Source of the DNA: Geosiphon pyriformis uo1
Taxonomy: Eukaryota > Fungi > Glomeromycota
Direction of reading: 5' to 3'
Length of the DNA stretch: 64,000 bases
Assembly (NCBI GenBank): GCA_016748015.1
Contig: JAAOMT010000239.1
Location: 609,554-673,553, forward strand
The stretch's first letter is position 1, and the number at the start of each line of letters is the position of its first letter. This document shows, piece by piece, positions 40,075 through 53,300 of the stretch. A model generated the notes under the pieces. It was given only the letters and a program-made list of their open reading frames with translations, was not told the DNA's origin and did not search any database. Made by a program: the position numbers and the translations under genes.

Positions 40075-40812
40075 TGTTACGGGATGGTTTTCTTGTTATA
40101 TTTAATTGCTGATATCCTGCTTTAATTGCAATCAGTCTTTCGTGAGTTCCTTAATTCTATTTGTGTGATAATGTCACTGTTACACTGAAGGCTTTCTTTT
40201 TACTGTTGCGATGTAAGTTATTCTTTAATTCTTGATTGTTGTGTGTGTTTATGTACTCCTTCTCAGAGGCTGAACTGAAATCTACCCACTGTCTGGGGTC
40301 TTTTCTGAGGCTATCCTTGCAATTGCCTGATGTGTTTCTCTAATCTAGAAACACAGAATGTTAATGGTCTTTAGCGCTTTTCTAATTCTCACAANNNNNN
40401 NNNNNNNNNNNNNNGTTTTAAATATTTCTTTTTGATTTTTAAAGGTTTCTTGGGATATTTAATTTGAAAGTATGATTTAAAGTGGAGTTTGTTGGATAAA
40501 ATTGGATCTATTGCTTGATAAGTTATGATTTTTATTACTTGATTGATTATTTCCCAATATTAAAACTACTGTATATATACATGTTTGTAGTTCTACGAGA
40601 AAATACTTTCTTTTTGATATTTCAACCTGGTATTTGCTGCTATCACCAGTTGGTGTTGACTGCTATTGTGAACTGGTGCTTGCCACTATCGCAAGATGGT
40701 GTTTGCTACTATGTTAATCATTACCTTTCTAAGATTATTACTGTGCTATATTATGATTGAATAGTTTGTATTATTTTTATGATTCTTTTTTCTAAATTCT
40801 TAAACTGTAACA
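40075..40812 (-). repeat. 5' LTR of element C (contains an N gap)
   Basis: Near-identical to 32989-33846; PBS at 40056-40074. Confidence 0.93.
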
Positions 40813-40856
40813 GCAGTCATAAAATAGAAAAAATACTTAAGTCAAAAATTTGATGT

Positions 40857-41408
40857 TGTTATGGGTAAACTTGATGGGTATGGGAAATAATAATGTTTGG
40901 TGCTCTTAATTATTAATGATGCATCTTCCATGTAATTCTGTTGGCTTGGTCTTGATTATTAGTCTCTGAAGGTCTATTCCTGGATGTAAATTTTACCCAT
41001 TGAGTTCTTTGGTTATAAAGCACAGAGTTTGTCTTTTGTCGATTGCAATGTTTTTCGTAAATGTGAGCTTTTTTTTCCGAGCTAATGAGTGTAGTCGTTA
41101 GGGTCTGGTGTTGTCTTTTCGTTCTTCTGGTAAGCTAACAAGATAATGTTAATATCCAAAACTTAGGGGGAGCTTTCCTCTTTTATCAGGCTATCACGAA
41201 GTCTATTCCCAGACAGTCAATTTTACTATGTTGCCGCTCCACAAAAAAATAAGAGAGAAAAAGAAAGAAAAAGAAAAAGAAAAAGAAAAGAAAAGAAAAG
41301 AGAGAAAAAATAAATTAGTATTGTCAATTGCTGTGATCAAAAGTGATTGGTCCAAATTGTTAATAGATTTGAGATGGTTATGCTAAGAGCATCTGTTCTA
41401 GAATGGAG
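40857..41408 (-). repeat. Partial 3' LTR of element D
   Basis: Homologous to 48690-49234; homology ends abruptly at TAGAATGGAG. Confidence 0.88.
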
Positions 41409-41491
41409 CATGTTAAAATTTCTATCGTTTCTTGCTGCTTTTTGGATACTATATATATTTGAATTCCCCAATTTAATTTGCTGCCCGTTGT

Positions 41492-42859
41492 CTACGTTTC
41501 AATGATGATGATTGGTTCCAGATTTCGTGGTATATCTTCTGATCTGATTAATAAAATTTGTGTTCCTAGTTGTGGTACTGATGACAATGATTCCTGTTTT
41601 ACATGATAAATTTTTAACCAATTTCCATGCACTACTTTTTTTAAAATCCTGTCTTCCAATCGTAATTTATAAGCTTCATTTCCTAATGCTTCGTGTATGT
41701 GAAATAGACTGTTCCACTTTGGGTCAAACTTTTCATTCCACTGTTTCTCAGCTTTTGTATGATGTAATAATACTTGGTCTCCAATCTTGAATTCCATTGG
41801 TTGTTCTGATAGGTGTTTATTATGTCTTTCTTTTTGTCGTTCTTGAACATGACTAATATTGTCAGCTGCTGTTCTTTGATTGTTTTCCAATGTTTCCATT
41901 AGCTGGTACATTCTTTGGTATAAGGTAGCCTCAAAATTCTCTTCATTGATTGTTTCCGTTGGATATGACGGTATCACTTGTTCAATCAGTAACGTAGCTT
42001 TTCTTCTATAGACTAGTTCGAACGGTGTGAACTGAGTCGTATTTTGTTTCAATGTTCAGTATGCAAAGAGTACAGAAGGTATGAATAAGTCCCATTCTTG
42101 TCTGTTTTCATGACTTATTTTTGCTAGTGCTTCACACAGTGTTCTGTTAAACCATTCTACCAGTCCATTCATTTGTGGGTGGTATGGTGATGATAAGAGT
42201 CTCTTTATTCCAAACTGTTGGCTTAGTTCAGTCAGCATATTATTAACGAAGTGTGTTCCCTAATCAGATAATAATTCTTTCAGACATCCATGTTGGCAAA
42301 TTAGGTCTTGATGCATAAATTCGGTGACTGTTTTGGTGTCGGCCACTTGGATTGCTTTGGCTTCTGGCCATTTTGTAAGATAGTCTACAGCTACAGCGAT
42401 ATAGCAATTTCCTTGGAATGTAATTGAAAGAGGTTCAACCAAATCGATCCCAATTCTATCAAATGGATTTCCAACTGGAATGGGTCGAAGTGGTTCTGTT
42501 GATCTTGCTCCTCCTTTTCGCTGGCATGTGTCACAATTGAGCATGTATTCGAAAATGTCTTTGTGCATCGTTGGCCAATAGTATAAGTTTAGTGTTCTTT
42601 TGAGGGTAGCGTCTTTGTTAAAGTGTCCTGCAGTCGGATTTGAGTGCACACTATATAGTATAGTTTCTCTTTCACTGTCTGTGATTAGTTGCTGTGGATT
42701 GGGGTGGTTTTGGCATTCTCGTCGATATAGTTGGTTGTCTTGAATAAAATAATTTCGGGCTTGTTTTTATATGGTACTCTGTTTTTGTTGAGATAATATC
42801 TCCTTGAAACATAGTGTTGATAGGTACTGATGTAGTCATTGATAAGTGAGTGTGTCCAT
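41492..42859 (-). pseudogene. Element D integrase, separate ORF with its own ATG
   Basis: ATG at 42859, 10 nt after the pol stop at 42870-42872; HHCC, DYLTKWPEA, SPYHPQMNGLVE, C-terminus LEPIIIIET*. Confidence 0.88.
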
Positions 42860-45800
42860 GGGTCTGGGATTAGGTTTGTGGCATTCTTGACAAACTGTTG
42901 GCATTAGTGTTCTTGGATCTTTTCTTGTAATGGACTTTGAGTGGGAATTGTTGCAGATAAGTACTCCATCTTGCATATTTTTTTTCTAGTTGTGGATTGT
43001 TGAGTAACCAAATAAGTCCTTTGTGGTTGGTATATAGGTCAAATGGTTAACTAAGGTAATGTTTCCAAGTCTGTATGGCCCAATAAATGGTGAAACATTC
43101 CAGATCTGTTGTGCTGTAATTTTTTTCTGCTGGGCTAGTGCTGCAACTAGCATAGGCAATTGGGTGTTCTCTATTGTCTGGTCCTATCTGTGATAAGACT
43201 GCTTCTAGAGCATTTTTCAAGGCATCTGTAGCAACAATGAACCATTTAGTGAAATCTGGGTAAATCAGGATTGGGGATGTAATCAATTGCTGCTTGAGAT
43301 AGTCGAATGCTTTCTGTTGATCTTCCTTCCACAAGTATGGTACGTATTTAGACAACAATTAATAGAGTGATTTTGTGATGTTCGAGAAATCGATGATAAT
43401 ATCCTGCTAATCCTAGAAATCCTCATAATTCTCTGAGGTTGATTGGGGCTGGAAAATCCTTGACTTTTTGTACTTTATCTGGATCGGGTTTAACTCTGTC
43501 CTTGCTGATTACATGTCCTAGGAATTTTAACTCAGTTTTTCTAAAGAAGCACTTCTTGGGATTGAGTTTTAATCTGGCACTATGAAGGCATTCGAAGACT
43601 TGTTGCAGGTGGAGCAGATAGTCTTCAAATGTTTCGGAGAACACATTTGTGTTGTCTAGGTAGACTACTACTGATTTCCAAAGAATTCTTTTGTATACTA
43701 CATCTATCAGGCGTTGAAACATGGCAGGAACATTACAAAGTCCAAAAGACATTACATTAAACTCGAAGTTTCCGTCTCGAGTGGTAAACGCTGTTTTTTC
43801 TTTGTCTTTGGGGTTCATTTCAACTTGCCAGTAACCACTTGCTAAATCTAATAATGAGAACCATTTCTTTTTCCTTAGATTGTCCAGAATTTCTTGGATG
43901 AAAGGAGTGGGATAACTATCTCTTTGCATGACACTATTTAGTTTTCGATAATCTACACAGAATTGTACTTTTCCATTTTTCTTGGTGACCAAGACTACTG
44001 GCAAAGACCAAGGGCTTAACAATTCTTTAATTAGGCCATTATCAAGCATCCGTTGCACTTCTTGCTTAATTAGGTTATCGCCAGATGGGAGTATGTGGTA
44101 AGCTCGTTGCTTAATTGGTCGAGCATCTCCTGTATCAATCTGATGCTTCACGATGTCAGTGAGTTCGAACTCATTTTCACTGGCAAAGACATTGGCATAC
44201 TAATTCAGAAGGACTTTGAGTTGCATTTGTTGCAGGGTACTTAAATTTCCTAAATTCAATTTATTGATCTCTTCTGGTGTGAACAAGTAACTTTCTTTTG
44301 GCAAATTCCATACTTGTAAGGTAATGTCACAGAATAAGAATAATTGTGCGAAATCTGGAATGGACTGGAGTTTTTCAGGATTCTGATTATCTGCAGATAT
44401 GGAACCGACGAGGGTCTCTTCAGGGATTTTAATGACATCTTCTGTCGGATTGTAGATGGGGATTTTGAAGTGTTTATGGGCTTTGGCTGGTAGGTATAGA
44501 TTAGCAACATCGGCTAGAGAACAGATTTTGGGACTGGCTTTGAATAATAGGGCTTGATCTTAGATCTTTCAATTCACCTTGAGAATGTATTGTTAGTATG
44601 AAGGAATAGAGATAATGGTGTCAGTGTGGATAAATTCTATCTGGTCACTGTTTTTTTCCATAAAATTAACTGGTACATTTCCTCTTCCACTTGATCCAAA
44701 TCTGTTGATTCCTTGGGCAGTGAGACCTAACTCTTCTCGGATTGTTACCGAGGTTAATTGGAGTATTTTGACTAAGAGTAGGAAGATAGTTTGGGCAATC
44801 TTTTCTTGTGATTCTATTTTGTAGGGTCTGTTCAAATTGTTCTGTAGCATCACGATGATGTTTCCTGTGTAACCAGCATTGATAATTCCTCCTTTTATGT
44901 CGATTCCTTTCTTGGCTAGACTAGATTGAGAGGCAATTTGTACCATTGTACTAACAGGAATTTCTAATGCTATCTTACAATCTATTTTTACGAGGGAATA
45001 TGGGACTATAATAATGGGTAATTGTCTGGGGTATTGTAGGTCAAAACCGGCATCTGTATTATATGCTCTTTTGGGGCAGATTCCTTCCTCGTTGTCACTA
45101 TACCATTTTAGCTCTAGTTTTTTGGATAGGTTGGAATACGCGAGATACTGTTCTGTTTCAGTATCCTCAATTGGATCTTGAAACGACATGTCCACAGTGA
45201 TTAATACCTCTTCTTCGGGTTCAGGTAGTTCAGTGATTGGAAACAGTATTCTTGGAAGCGGATTAAACATGAGATCACATTTATCACAGTACTAGAAGTG
45301 ACAGGGAATCAAACAGTAATCACATAGTTTGGTATTCAAATTGGCCAACCTTTGCTCCTGTTTCTCATGAGTTGGGGCCAATTCCTGATATTGGTTTTGA
45401 AATGCGTCTGGGTCATCTGTGAAGAAATCATCCTCAGGGTAGTCAGGTTTAGTATATTCAGGCATCCAAGAGTTGTCCTTAATTTCTTGTATTTCTTCGA
45501 ACATGGTGCCTTCGGCCTTGGCACTTGCCATTCTCCAGATTTTGTGGTCATTGTGTAGATAACTGTCTAGTCTGTTGAGTGCTCATTTCCAAGCGTCCTT
45601 GATGGAGATTCCCTTTCATATCCAATCATTAATTAATATGGTGTATTGACAAGCCTCGTCATATGTTCTTCCTCTGCCAGGCATATTATTCCAGAGTTCT
45701 TTATCTGGCAGGATTTCGCCATATGCAAGGCACGACGTGTGGTCCCACTTGTCTTGTTGTTTTGGTCATCCAAATCTTTTCAGTAAACAAGGCCTGCAAT

Positions 45801-48689
45801 AATATTTAGTGGTGGTGGGCCATTCTTTGTTGTCCCTGATACATGTGTCTATAATGGATAGTTTTTTTCCACAATTGATACATATTAGTTTTGGAAGTTG
45901 GTAAAATAAGTTTCTTTGGTCTGAGGTTACATATCCTAGTGATGATGATTGGGGTTCTTTTTCAGCTCTGCCTTTTTCTTTTTCTTCCCAGATTGGTGGT
46001 GGGGGTAGTTCAGTTCGATAATCATCTGTTCATGAAACCTGATAGGTCTCGATGGTTGGTGGCATTGATGTGTCTTCGAATTCAATAAAAAGTTTCTCGG
46101 TATGTTGGTTTTTAAAGTGTCTGCACATAGCTGGAACTCGGGCATGCTGTCCGTTGAACGTGAGTTGAAGTTCTTGGGTGTTTCAGTCAAGAATAGTATT
46201 GGCTTTTGACAACCAGTTGTTTCCTACTAGAGCTTGATATTGAGTAGCTTCCATGACAAGTACTTTGGTAGGGATTTGGATTCTATTAATCTCGAAGGGA
46301 AAGTTGTCAATTTCTTCTATCAGGGTTTTTGTGTTCCCATCTGCTGTAATAATCCAAGTGGTAGCAGCACAGTCTACTCGGCGACCTAGTTGGTCCATGA
46401 GCTGCTTCATGATTATGCTACCAGCTGATCTGCTATCCAAGATTAATTTAATGTCTATTCCTCCAATTCTGGCATCAGTGTATAGGGCCATTATTGGTTT
46501 ATCCTGATTGATGGCTGCTCCACTAAAAAGGCTATGTGTATTCAAATTATTGATGTCAAAAAGAAATATGGCAGCTAGGGTGGTGTCTTCGGTAATAGTA
46601 GCTGGTGGGATATTGCTTTTTGTTTGCTTGGAAGGTTGGGAGATTTGTTCTATATTCCCTCCTTCCACAGATGTAGATTTATCAAAACCCTGGTCTTCTA
46701 TAAGACCGAGATAGGAAGCTTGATTCGGGTATTCAGTTGGTGTTGGTCAAGATTGGGCAAGACCACAAGAGATTGGTCGAGACGGTCCACTATTGGTTTG
46801 CACCTAATTGTTATTGGGATTCCTCTATTCCTGATTATAGTCTATAGCTCGAGGTTTGGACGGGCTGTAAGGGGAAGTTTGATAGTGAGAGATTGCTTGT
46901 GTTATTGGTGGTGGTTGATAATAATTCTGGGACAGTGGTTGAGTGTACAGGACTTGTTGTGTATATAAAGGCAGTTGATTCTGAAGTATGAAATATTGGG
47001 GTACCATGTTTTGCTGATATCTGGGTTGCTGATATGGGTTTCCTTGATTTTGGTTCATGATCTTCCTTCTACAGTCATGGACAATATGTCCAAGTTTCTG
47101 GCAGTAGTAGCAGTTGCAGGGATCAGATCTCCAAAGTTGTTGCTGTGGGTATCTGCTGTTGTTGTTATTATCTTTCCGTTGGGGTGGTTGGTAAGTTCCT
47201 GTAGTTCTGGCTAAGAATCCCTCAATTTTTTGAGTTAGTTTCTCACTCAATTGGGTTATCTTTGCATTGATGTCAGAAGTTCTATTAATGGCTAAATTAA
47301 TGGCTTGGGTATGGTTCGCTTCTTGTTCTGCAGACTCAAAATCGCGAGTAAGAGTGACAGCATCTTGTAAACTGGTCAGATGGCGGGGTTTTATGGATCT
47401 TAGAATACTACTCCACAATCTTTTAATGAATTAATTAAGAACTTGCGCCGTGGTGTAGTAGTCCCTTTTAATAGCTAATATTTGACGCAGGATTTGATTG
47501 AATCGTCCGAGATAAGTAGTTACTGCTTCATAATCTTTTTGTTTAATTATGCTGAATTGATTCTGCAATCGGATTAACGTATTGGGATCACAGAAGTATT
47601 GCAGAAATGCGAGTTTAAACTCAGTAAAGGAGGTAGGCTTCTCTACCAGGCTTTGGTACCACGAATTGGTGGTTCCAGTCAGAAAGAACAGCAGTGCCTG
47701 AACTGTGCGGTTGTTGTTCCAACTGTTAGTGGTAATTGCTTTCTTGGCATCCATGATTCAAGAATATGCATTATCTTCTTCACCAGAAAATTTTTCCAAT
47801 TTAGCAATATCTCAGTAAGCCATGATTTGGTTAATGAGTGGGGTGTTACTGGTTATGTTTAAAGGGATTGGTGTCCACGTATTCGAGTGTTCTCTGGGTG
47901 CTAATGCTGGTTGCTTTCCTTTGTCGCTTGAACCAATAGGTTGTAAGATAGCTGTTTCTTCTGTCAGGGGAGATGCTGATTCTGCTAGGTTTTGTGTTGG
48001 TGGCTGTTCCCAAGTTGACGGGTTTCCTTCTGTTTGACTGGCTGCTGGGGTAAGATTTCCAAACAGCAATCTGTATTCTCCTAGTGATTTGGTCCAACTG
48101 TGTTGATTCCAAGGGTGTGGATTTCCAGGAGTTCATGGTGTTTCCGACTGGGTTTCCAGGAGTGGGTTGAATACAATTCTACTTTGGGGTGTCTGATGGT
48201 ATAATGGAGTTGTTGGGAAGAGAACCCTTGATTTCTTGTTGACTGTGGACTTGGCTTGAGCAGTTACGGGGTTGTTGAATTTGTTTTCGTATTCCTCAGG
48301 GTCGGATTCTACTGGTTGTTGTACTTGAGGGAATCATTGTGCCACGTAATATTTAATGTCTGTATCAATTATGCGCAGAGTTTCAGCAATTGCTTGGGTA
48401 GTCGTGGCTGTTGAGTACCCTAATAAGCTTTGATGGATTTGTTCTCCAAGTCTTTCTGTATCAGTTGTGCAGCCTAACAAGCAGTCAATTTTTGTGTTGA
48501 TATAGTTACAAAAATCACTTTCTGCGTAAGCAGTTCCTGCTGATATTCCTAGATCTTTTCAAAAGTATTGAAATAATGCTTTTCCATATGAGGAGTGGTC
48601 TTTTCCTATTGTTCTAATAGTCACTACTTTTATGTATTTTTGGGGGTGTTCTGTCTCTGTAGATTTATAACCTCACAGAGAGCACCAAA

Positions 48690-49782
48690 TATTATGGGTA
48701 AACTTGGTAGGTATGGGAAATGGTAACGTTTGGTGCTCTCAATTATTGATGATGTATCTTCTGCGTAATTCTGTTGGCTTAGTCTTGATTATCAGTCTCT
48801 GAAGGTCTATTCCTAGATGTGAATTTTACCCGTTAAGTTCTTTGGTTATAAGGCACAGAGTTTGTCTTTTGTCGATTGCAACGTTTTTCATAAATGTGAG
48901 CTTTCTTCTCTGAGCTAACAAGTGCAGTCGTTAGGGTTTGGCATTGTCTTTTCGCCCTTCTAGTAAGCTAACAAGATAATGTTAATATCCAAAACTTAGG
49001 GAGAACTTCTCTCTTTTACCAGACTATTACAAAGTCTATTCCCAAATAGTCAATTTTACTATGTTGCCACTCCACAAAAAAATAAGACAGAAAAAGAAAA
49101 AAAAAGAAAAAGAAAAGAAAAGAAAAGAGAGAAAAGATAAATTAATATTGTCAATTGCCATAATCAAGAGCAATTGGTCCAAATCGTTAATAGGTTTGAG
49201 GTGGTTATGCTAAGAGCATCTGTTCTAGAATGGAGATATGAGACAAGGGTTAATTCACATAAATTCCACAAAGTTCGAGAACATGAATTCATGATTCTGA
49301 TTTCTTTTAATAATTGGTTTATTTCAGGAAATGAAATAGGGAAGATAATAAAGGATGAAGGAGTATAGATATTTTAATTTCTGGTTTAGAGGTTTGTATC
49401 TATTTTTTTTTCTCTGTCTTTTCTCACTTCTACAACTACTTGCTTTTATACATTCTTTTGGTTTTACAGGATTGCTTTCAATTGTCTCACTATTGCTAGC
49501 TATTGCTTTGTTGTTTCTGTTATTGCTTTGTTTTTCTACGTTATCGCTAGTTATCCTATGTTATAACATGTTATCTGACGTTATTACATGTTATTCTGTA
49601 TTATCCTGTGTTATAACACGTTATCCTACATTATTGCACACTATTCTGTGTTATTCTGCATTATAACACGTTATCCAACGTTATAATGCATTATCCAATG
49701 TTATTGCATATTATTCTGTGTTATGTCACATTTTGGTCACGTTTCTTCATAACTTTGGATCGGTTTTTCTACTCGGGTAACA
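48690..49782 (-). repeat. 5' LTR of element D (~1093 bp) with a 19 x 10-bp array at 49540-49729
   Basis: Terminus GGGTAACA at 49782; adjacent PBS; TATA TGTATAAAAG (minus) at ~49443-49452. Confidence 0.88.
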
Positions 49783-50322
49783 CTGTTTAGTAGGAATTGG
49801 TTAATTTCAAAAGGGAAATAATTAAAGATTTGATTTTTCAATTTATTTGATATTTATTTTGTTTTTGTGTGTAAAAGATGATTCTCAAAATTAAATCTGA
49901 AGTAAGATATATTTTCTCGAAGAGAGAAGCTCTTCTTTTATACAACTTGTCATAACACTATTTTATGAACTTGAACTTTGCTCTTTTCTACAATTTTGCT
50001 AAACTAAAGATACATTTCAGTGAACTACAAGTTATTTCTGTGAACTATTAGATATTTTGGTAAACTATCAATTATTTCGGCAAATTTCTACAAATTTCAG
50101 TGAACTTTTGAATATTACATATTTTGGGGTATTGTATGATTGATCATTGCACTTAGGTTATATTTGTGTTATGTACAAATTGAGTTATTAGTTAACTGAT
50201 AATTTCAGACATTTTGCTAATGTAATAAGTGATGATTTGAAACGATAATATATGCTAATTAATGATAAGATTTATAAGGATAATTTCATGCTAAACAATA
50301 TCTCTAATTTTGTCTGGTAACA
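49783..50322 (-). repeat. Partial family-B LTR inserted in element E and interrupted by D
   Basis: Reverse complement of 59502-~60050; terminus CTGGTAACA at 50322. Confidence 0.88.
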
Positions 50323-53300
50323 GCACTCATTGACAACAGTTTCTTGCCACAATTGATGCATACAAGTCTTGGCCATCAATAATTGGATTGTTGTAGAGTG
50401 TAGTGAGTGTAGGAATTATAAATGGCGGCAGTTGGTGGCGTTCCTTTTTTTTTTTTTTTCCTTTTCTCTTATCTTTGTTTCATTCCCAACTTAAGGCTTC
50501 TTTTTGTTTGTTGTCAGTCCAAGTCAGATTGTCAGTTTCTAAGATAAGTTTATTTGTTTGCTTTCCTTTTTCATTGTTGTTCCAAGAGAGTATTGGTGAC
50601 AGCTTGTTGTGCTCTTCATTAGCCCACAACACTTGATAGGCTTCCCAGATAGGTTTTGGTTTCTCTTTCTCGAAGTCAATTAGTGGTGCCGTGGTGTTGG
50701 TAGTCTTGAAGTGGCCACATATTGCTAGTACTTGTGTGTGTTGTCCATTCTGGCTGAGTTGAAGCTCTTGTGTATTCCAGTTCAGAGTGGCATTTGTCTT
50801 GGACAGCCAGTCATTACCAACTAGAGCTTGGTATTGGGTGGCTTTTATAATGAGTACTTTAATTGGTACTATAATGTCATTAATTTTGATTGGTAAGTTA
50901 TTGATTTCATCAATTAGAGTCTTGGTCGCTCCATCAGCCATGATGATTCTGGTGCTAGCAGCTTGATCAACTCGGTGACCTAATTGATCTATGAGTTGTT
51001 GTGTGATGATGCTGCCTGCTGAACCACTGTCAAGAATTAGTTTGATGGGATGGCCATCAATTTTTGTATCAGTATACATGGCAGTAATTGGCTTTTCTTT
51101 CAGCGTGGCTCCACTAAATAATGGCGTGGTTGACAGTTCTTCGAGTTCGAATGGAAAAATGGCGTCCAGTAATTTGTTGTTGGTGACTGTTGCTGGCAGA
51201 ATATTGTTGATATGTGTTTGTTGTTTTTGAGTGGGTTCCTGGTTGCTGAGTAAGGCATCTTCTGGGGTAACCAAGAGACTTAAATAGTCCTGGGAATTCG
51301 GGTTTTGGGGATTCCTGGTGCCTGAATTCTGTTGACGAGATCTTGTTTGACTGGAGGAGCTGAGGATTGGCTGATGAACTACCATCGATGATCTTCAGTT
51401 TTGCTGCGTAATTCTCAGTCTTTGAACTCCGCTGGCCAGTATGTTTTGTGGTGGGGTCTGAATCATTTGGGGTTGATAAATTGTTGGCAGTTGTGGTTGA
51501 TATATTACCAGTAGTTGTGGCTGATAAATTGGGGCCATTGATTAATAAATTGGAGCTTGATATACTGGTGGTTGATAAATTGATTGCTGTGTCATTGGCA
51601 GGTAAATAGTTTGATATTGTGTTAAGTTTGATTGATGATTCGGAATTGAAAATCGGCGATTAGGGTTTCGATATTGATTATTTAAATGCTGGTGGCAGTT
51701 GATTTAAATATGTTCTTGTTTACCACAATAGTGGCAGATACATGTTTCCTGTTGCCACTGTTAATTGGTTGATAAAAATGGATGTGGTTGATTTTGGCCA
51801 CGATTAGAGTTTCCTTGATTATTGCATTGTTGTAAAGGCTGATAAATGGCATGATTGTTAGCTAAGTATCCTTCTAATCTCTTATTAATTAATTCACTGA
51901 ACTTCTCTAATTTGAAATCCAATTCAGATAATCTATTCATTACTAGATTAACGGCTTGGGCATGGTTGGCTTCTGACTCAGCAGATTCAAAATCTCTGAC
52001 ACATGTAACTGCGTCTTGAAGTGTGCCTGGATGCAATGGATGTACATGTTGCAGAATGCTGCTGTGCAGACCACAGATAAACTGGTTAAGTATCTGTGGT
52101 GTTGTGAAATAGTTGGCATCAATTGCTTAAATTTGGTGCAGATTTCGATGGAAGCATCCCAGATAAGTGGTAACTGCTTCAGTTTCTCCTTGTTTCATGG
52201 TGGTAAACATGTTAACTAGACGATTGATGCTGTTATTGTTGCTGAAGTATCTTAGGAATTCCACTTTGAAGACATCAAAATCTTGTGGTTTATTAATCAA
52301 GCTCTGGTACCATGAATTGGTGGTATCCTTGAAAAAGTAGGGAATGGCTTGCATTGTCTGGGCATTATTCCATTCATTGGCTGTGATGGTTTTTTCTACA
52401 TCATTCAACCATACTTGAGTGTCATCTTTTTTGCTGGTAAAGTTGTCAAGTTTTGCAATTGGTGCATAGGCCATTGAATTTAAGTTGGGTAGTTGTGGTG
52501 GCTGTTGAAGTGGTTGTTGAAAAGGTAACAGTTGTTGGGATGGTACTTGAGATGGTTGAATTGGCTTACCAATTGGCTCAATTGGTGGTTAATTGATAAT
52601 GATAACTGGAAGTAGGTTTTGCTGATGAATTAATTTGGGGTTTTGATTTCTTTGATTTGGCAGGGTTTGAATATTTGGAGTTTTGATTTCCAAATTTTCT
52701 AAATGTTGCTGAGTTTGAATGTTCGGGTCTTCTAGGATTGGGTTTTGGTAATTAAATTCCTGATTCTCATCTTCTTCTTCTTCTGATTCAGTAATTTCCC
52801 AGGGACTGACAGTTCTGAAATCTGGCTGATAAGGTGGTGATTGAAATCCTGATGGTGTTGGCGATCTCAATTTAAATTCTTCAAAATAATCGCTGTATGC
52901 TCCTAATAGTTTGTTTTTCTTTTATTTACTCTAAAATGCAATTCTTGCTAGTGGCGTCTTTGTACTGGTGGATGCGTCTGCTGATGCAATGTTGATAATA
53001 CTTCCAGGTGTGTGATGGTATGATGGATATATCAGAGATTCAATTCTTTGTTTCTTCCAGTTAGGAATTTGTATTCCTTTGGGTATTACTGCTGGTGTCT
53101 GTAGTTTTTCTTTGCCTTTGTCCTGGTAAGTAATAGGGAATGTCTTTTGTGTATATCTTTTAATTTCTTGGTTGATTTTTCTGATAATGGGTGCAAAGCT
53201 GTGATTTCTGGGTAAGTTGGTGTGTTGGATTAGTTCCGAATAGAAATTTTCTCTTGCTGATTCAATGTTAACTGGTCTTCCTAGGAAATCTGTAATTTTT

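Larger units (their letters stand above)
32989..40812 (-). mobile_element. Ty3/gypsy element C (LTR family C), youngest copy; integrase core and ORF3 deleted
   Basis: LTRs 40075-40812 and 32989-33846 differ at ~11 visible sites; TSD GCAG at 32985-32988 and 40813-40816; PBS TGGTAAGCCCTATGAGG; PPT GAAAGGAGGAGATAA; four N gaps. Confidence 0.95.
26110..40856 (+). mobile_element. Ty3/gypsy element B (LTR family A): 26110-32988 and 40813-40856, interrupted by C and truncated at D
   Basis: 5' LTR, PBS, gag, PR, Cys-rich, dUTPase (~30940-31360), RT, RNase H; the RNase H sequence YWAV/IK*KKYLSQKF continues across the C insertion. Confidence 0.92.
40857..49782 (-). mobile_element. Ty3/gypsy element D (LTR family D), degenerate; ORF3, PPT and U3 half of the 3' LTR deleted
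   Basis: 5' LTR 48690-49782, PBS TGGTGCTCTCTGTGAGG, gag (CYYCQKLGHIVHDC), PR, Cys-rich, dUTPase ~44680-45110, RT, RNase H, integrase, partial 3' LTR 40857-41408. Confidence 0.92.

Noticed and set aside
49174-49666. Hydrophobic ORFs in LTRs (also 33548-33751 and 40515-40760)
   Set aside because: By-products of T-rich and tandem-repeat LTR sequence; no conservation between families.
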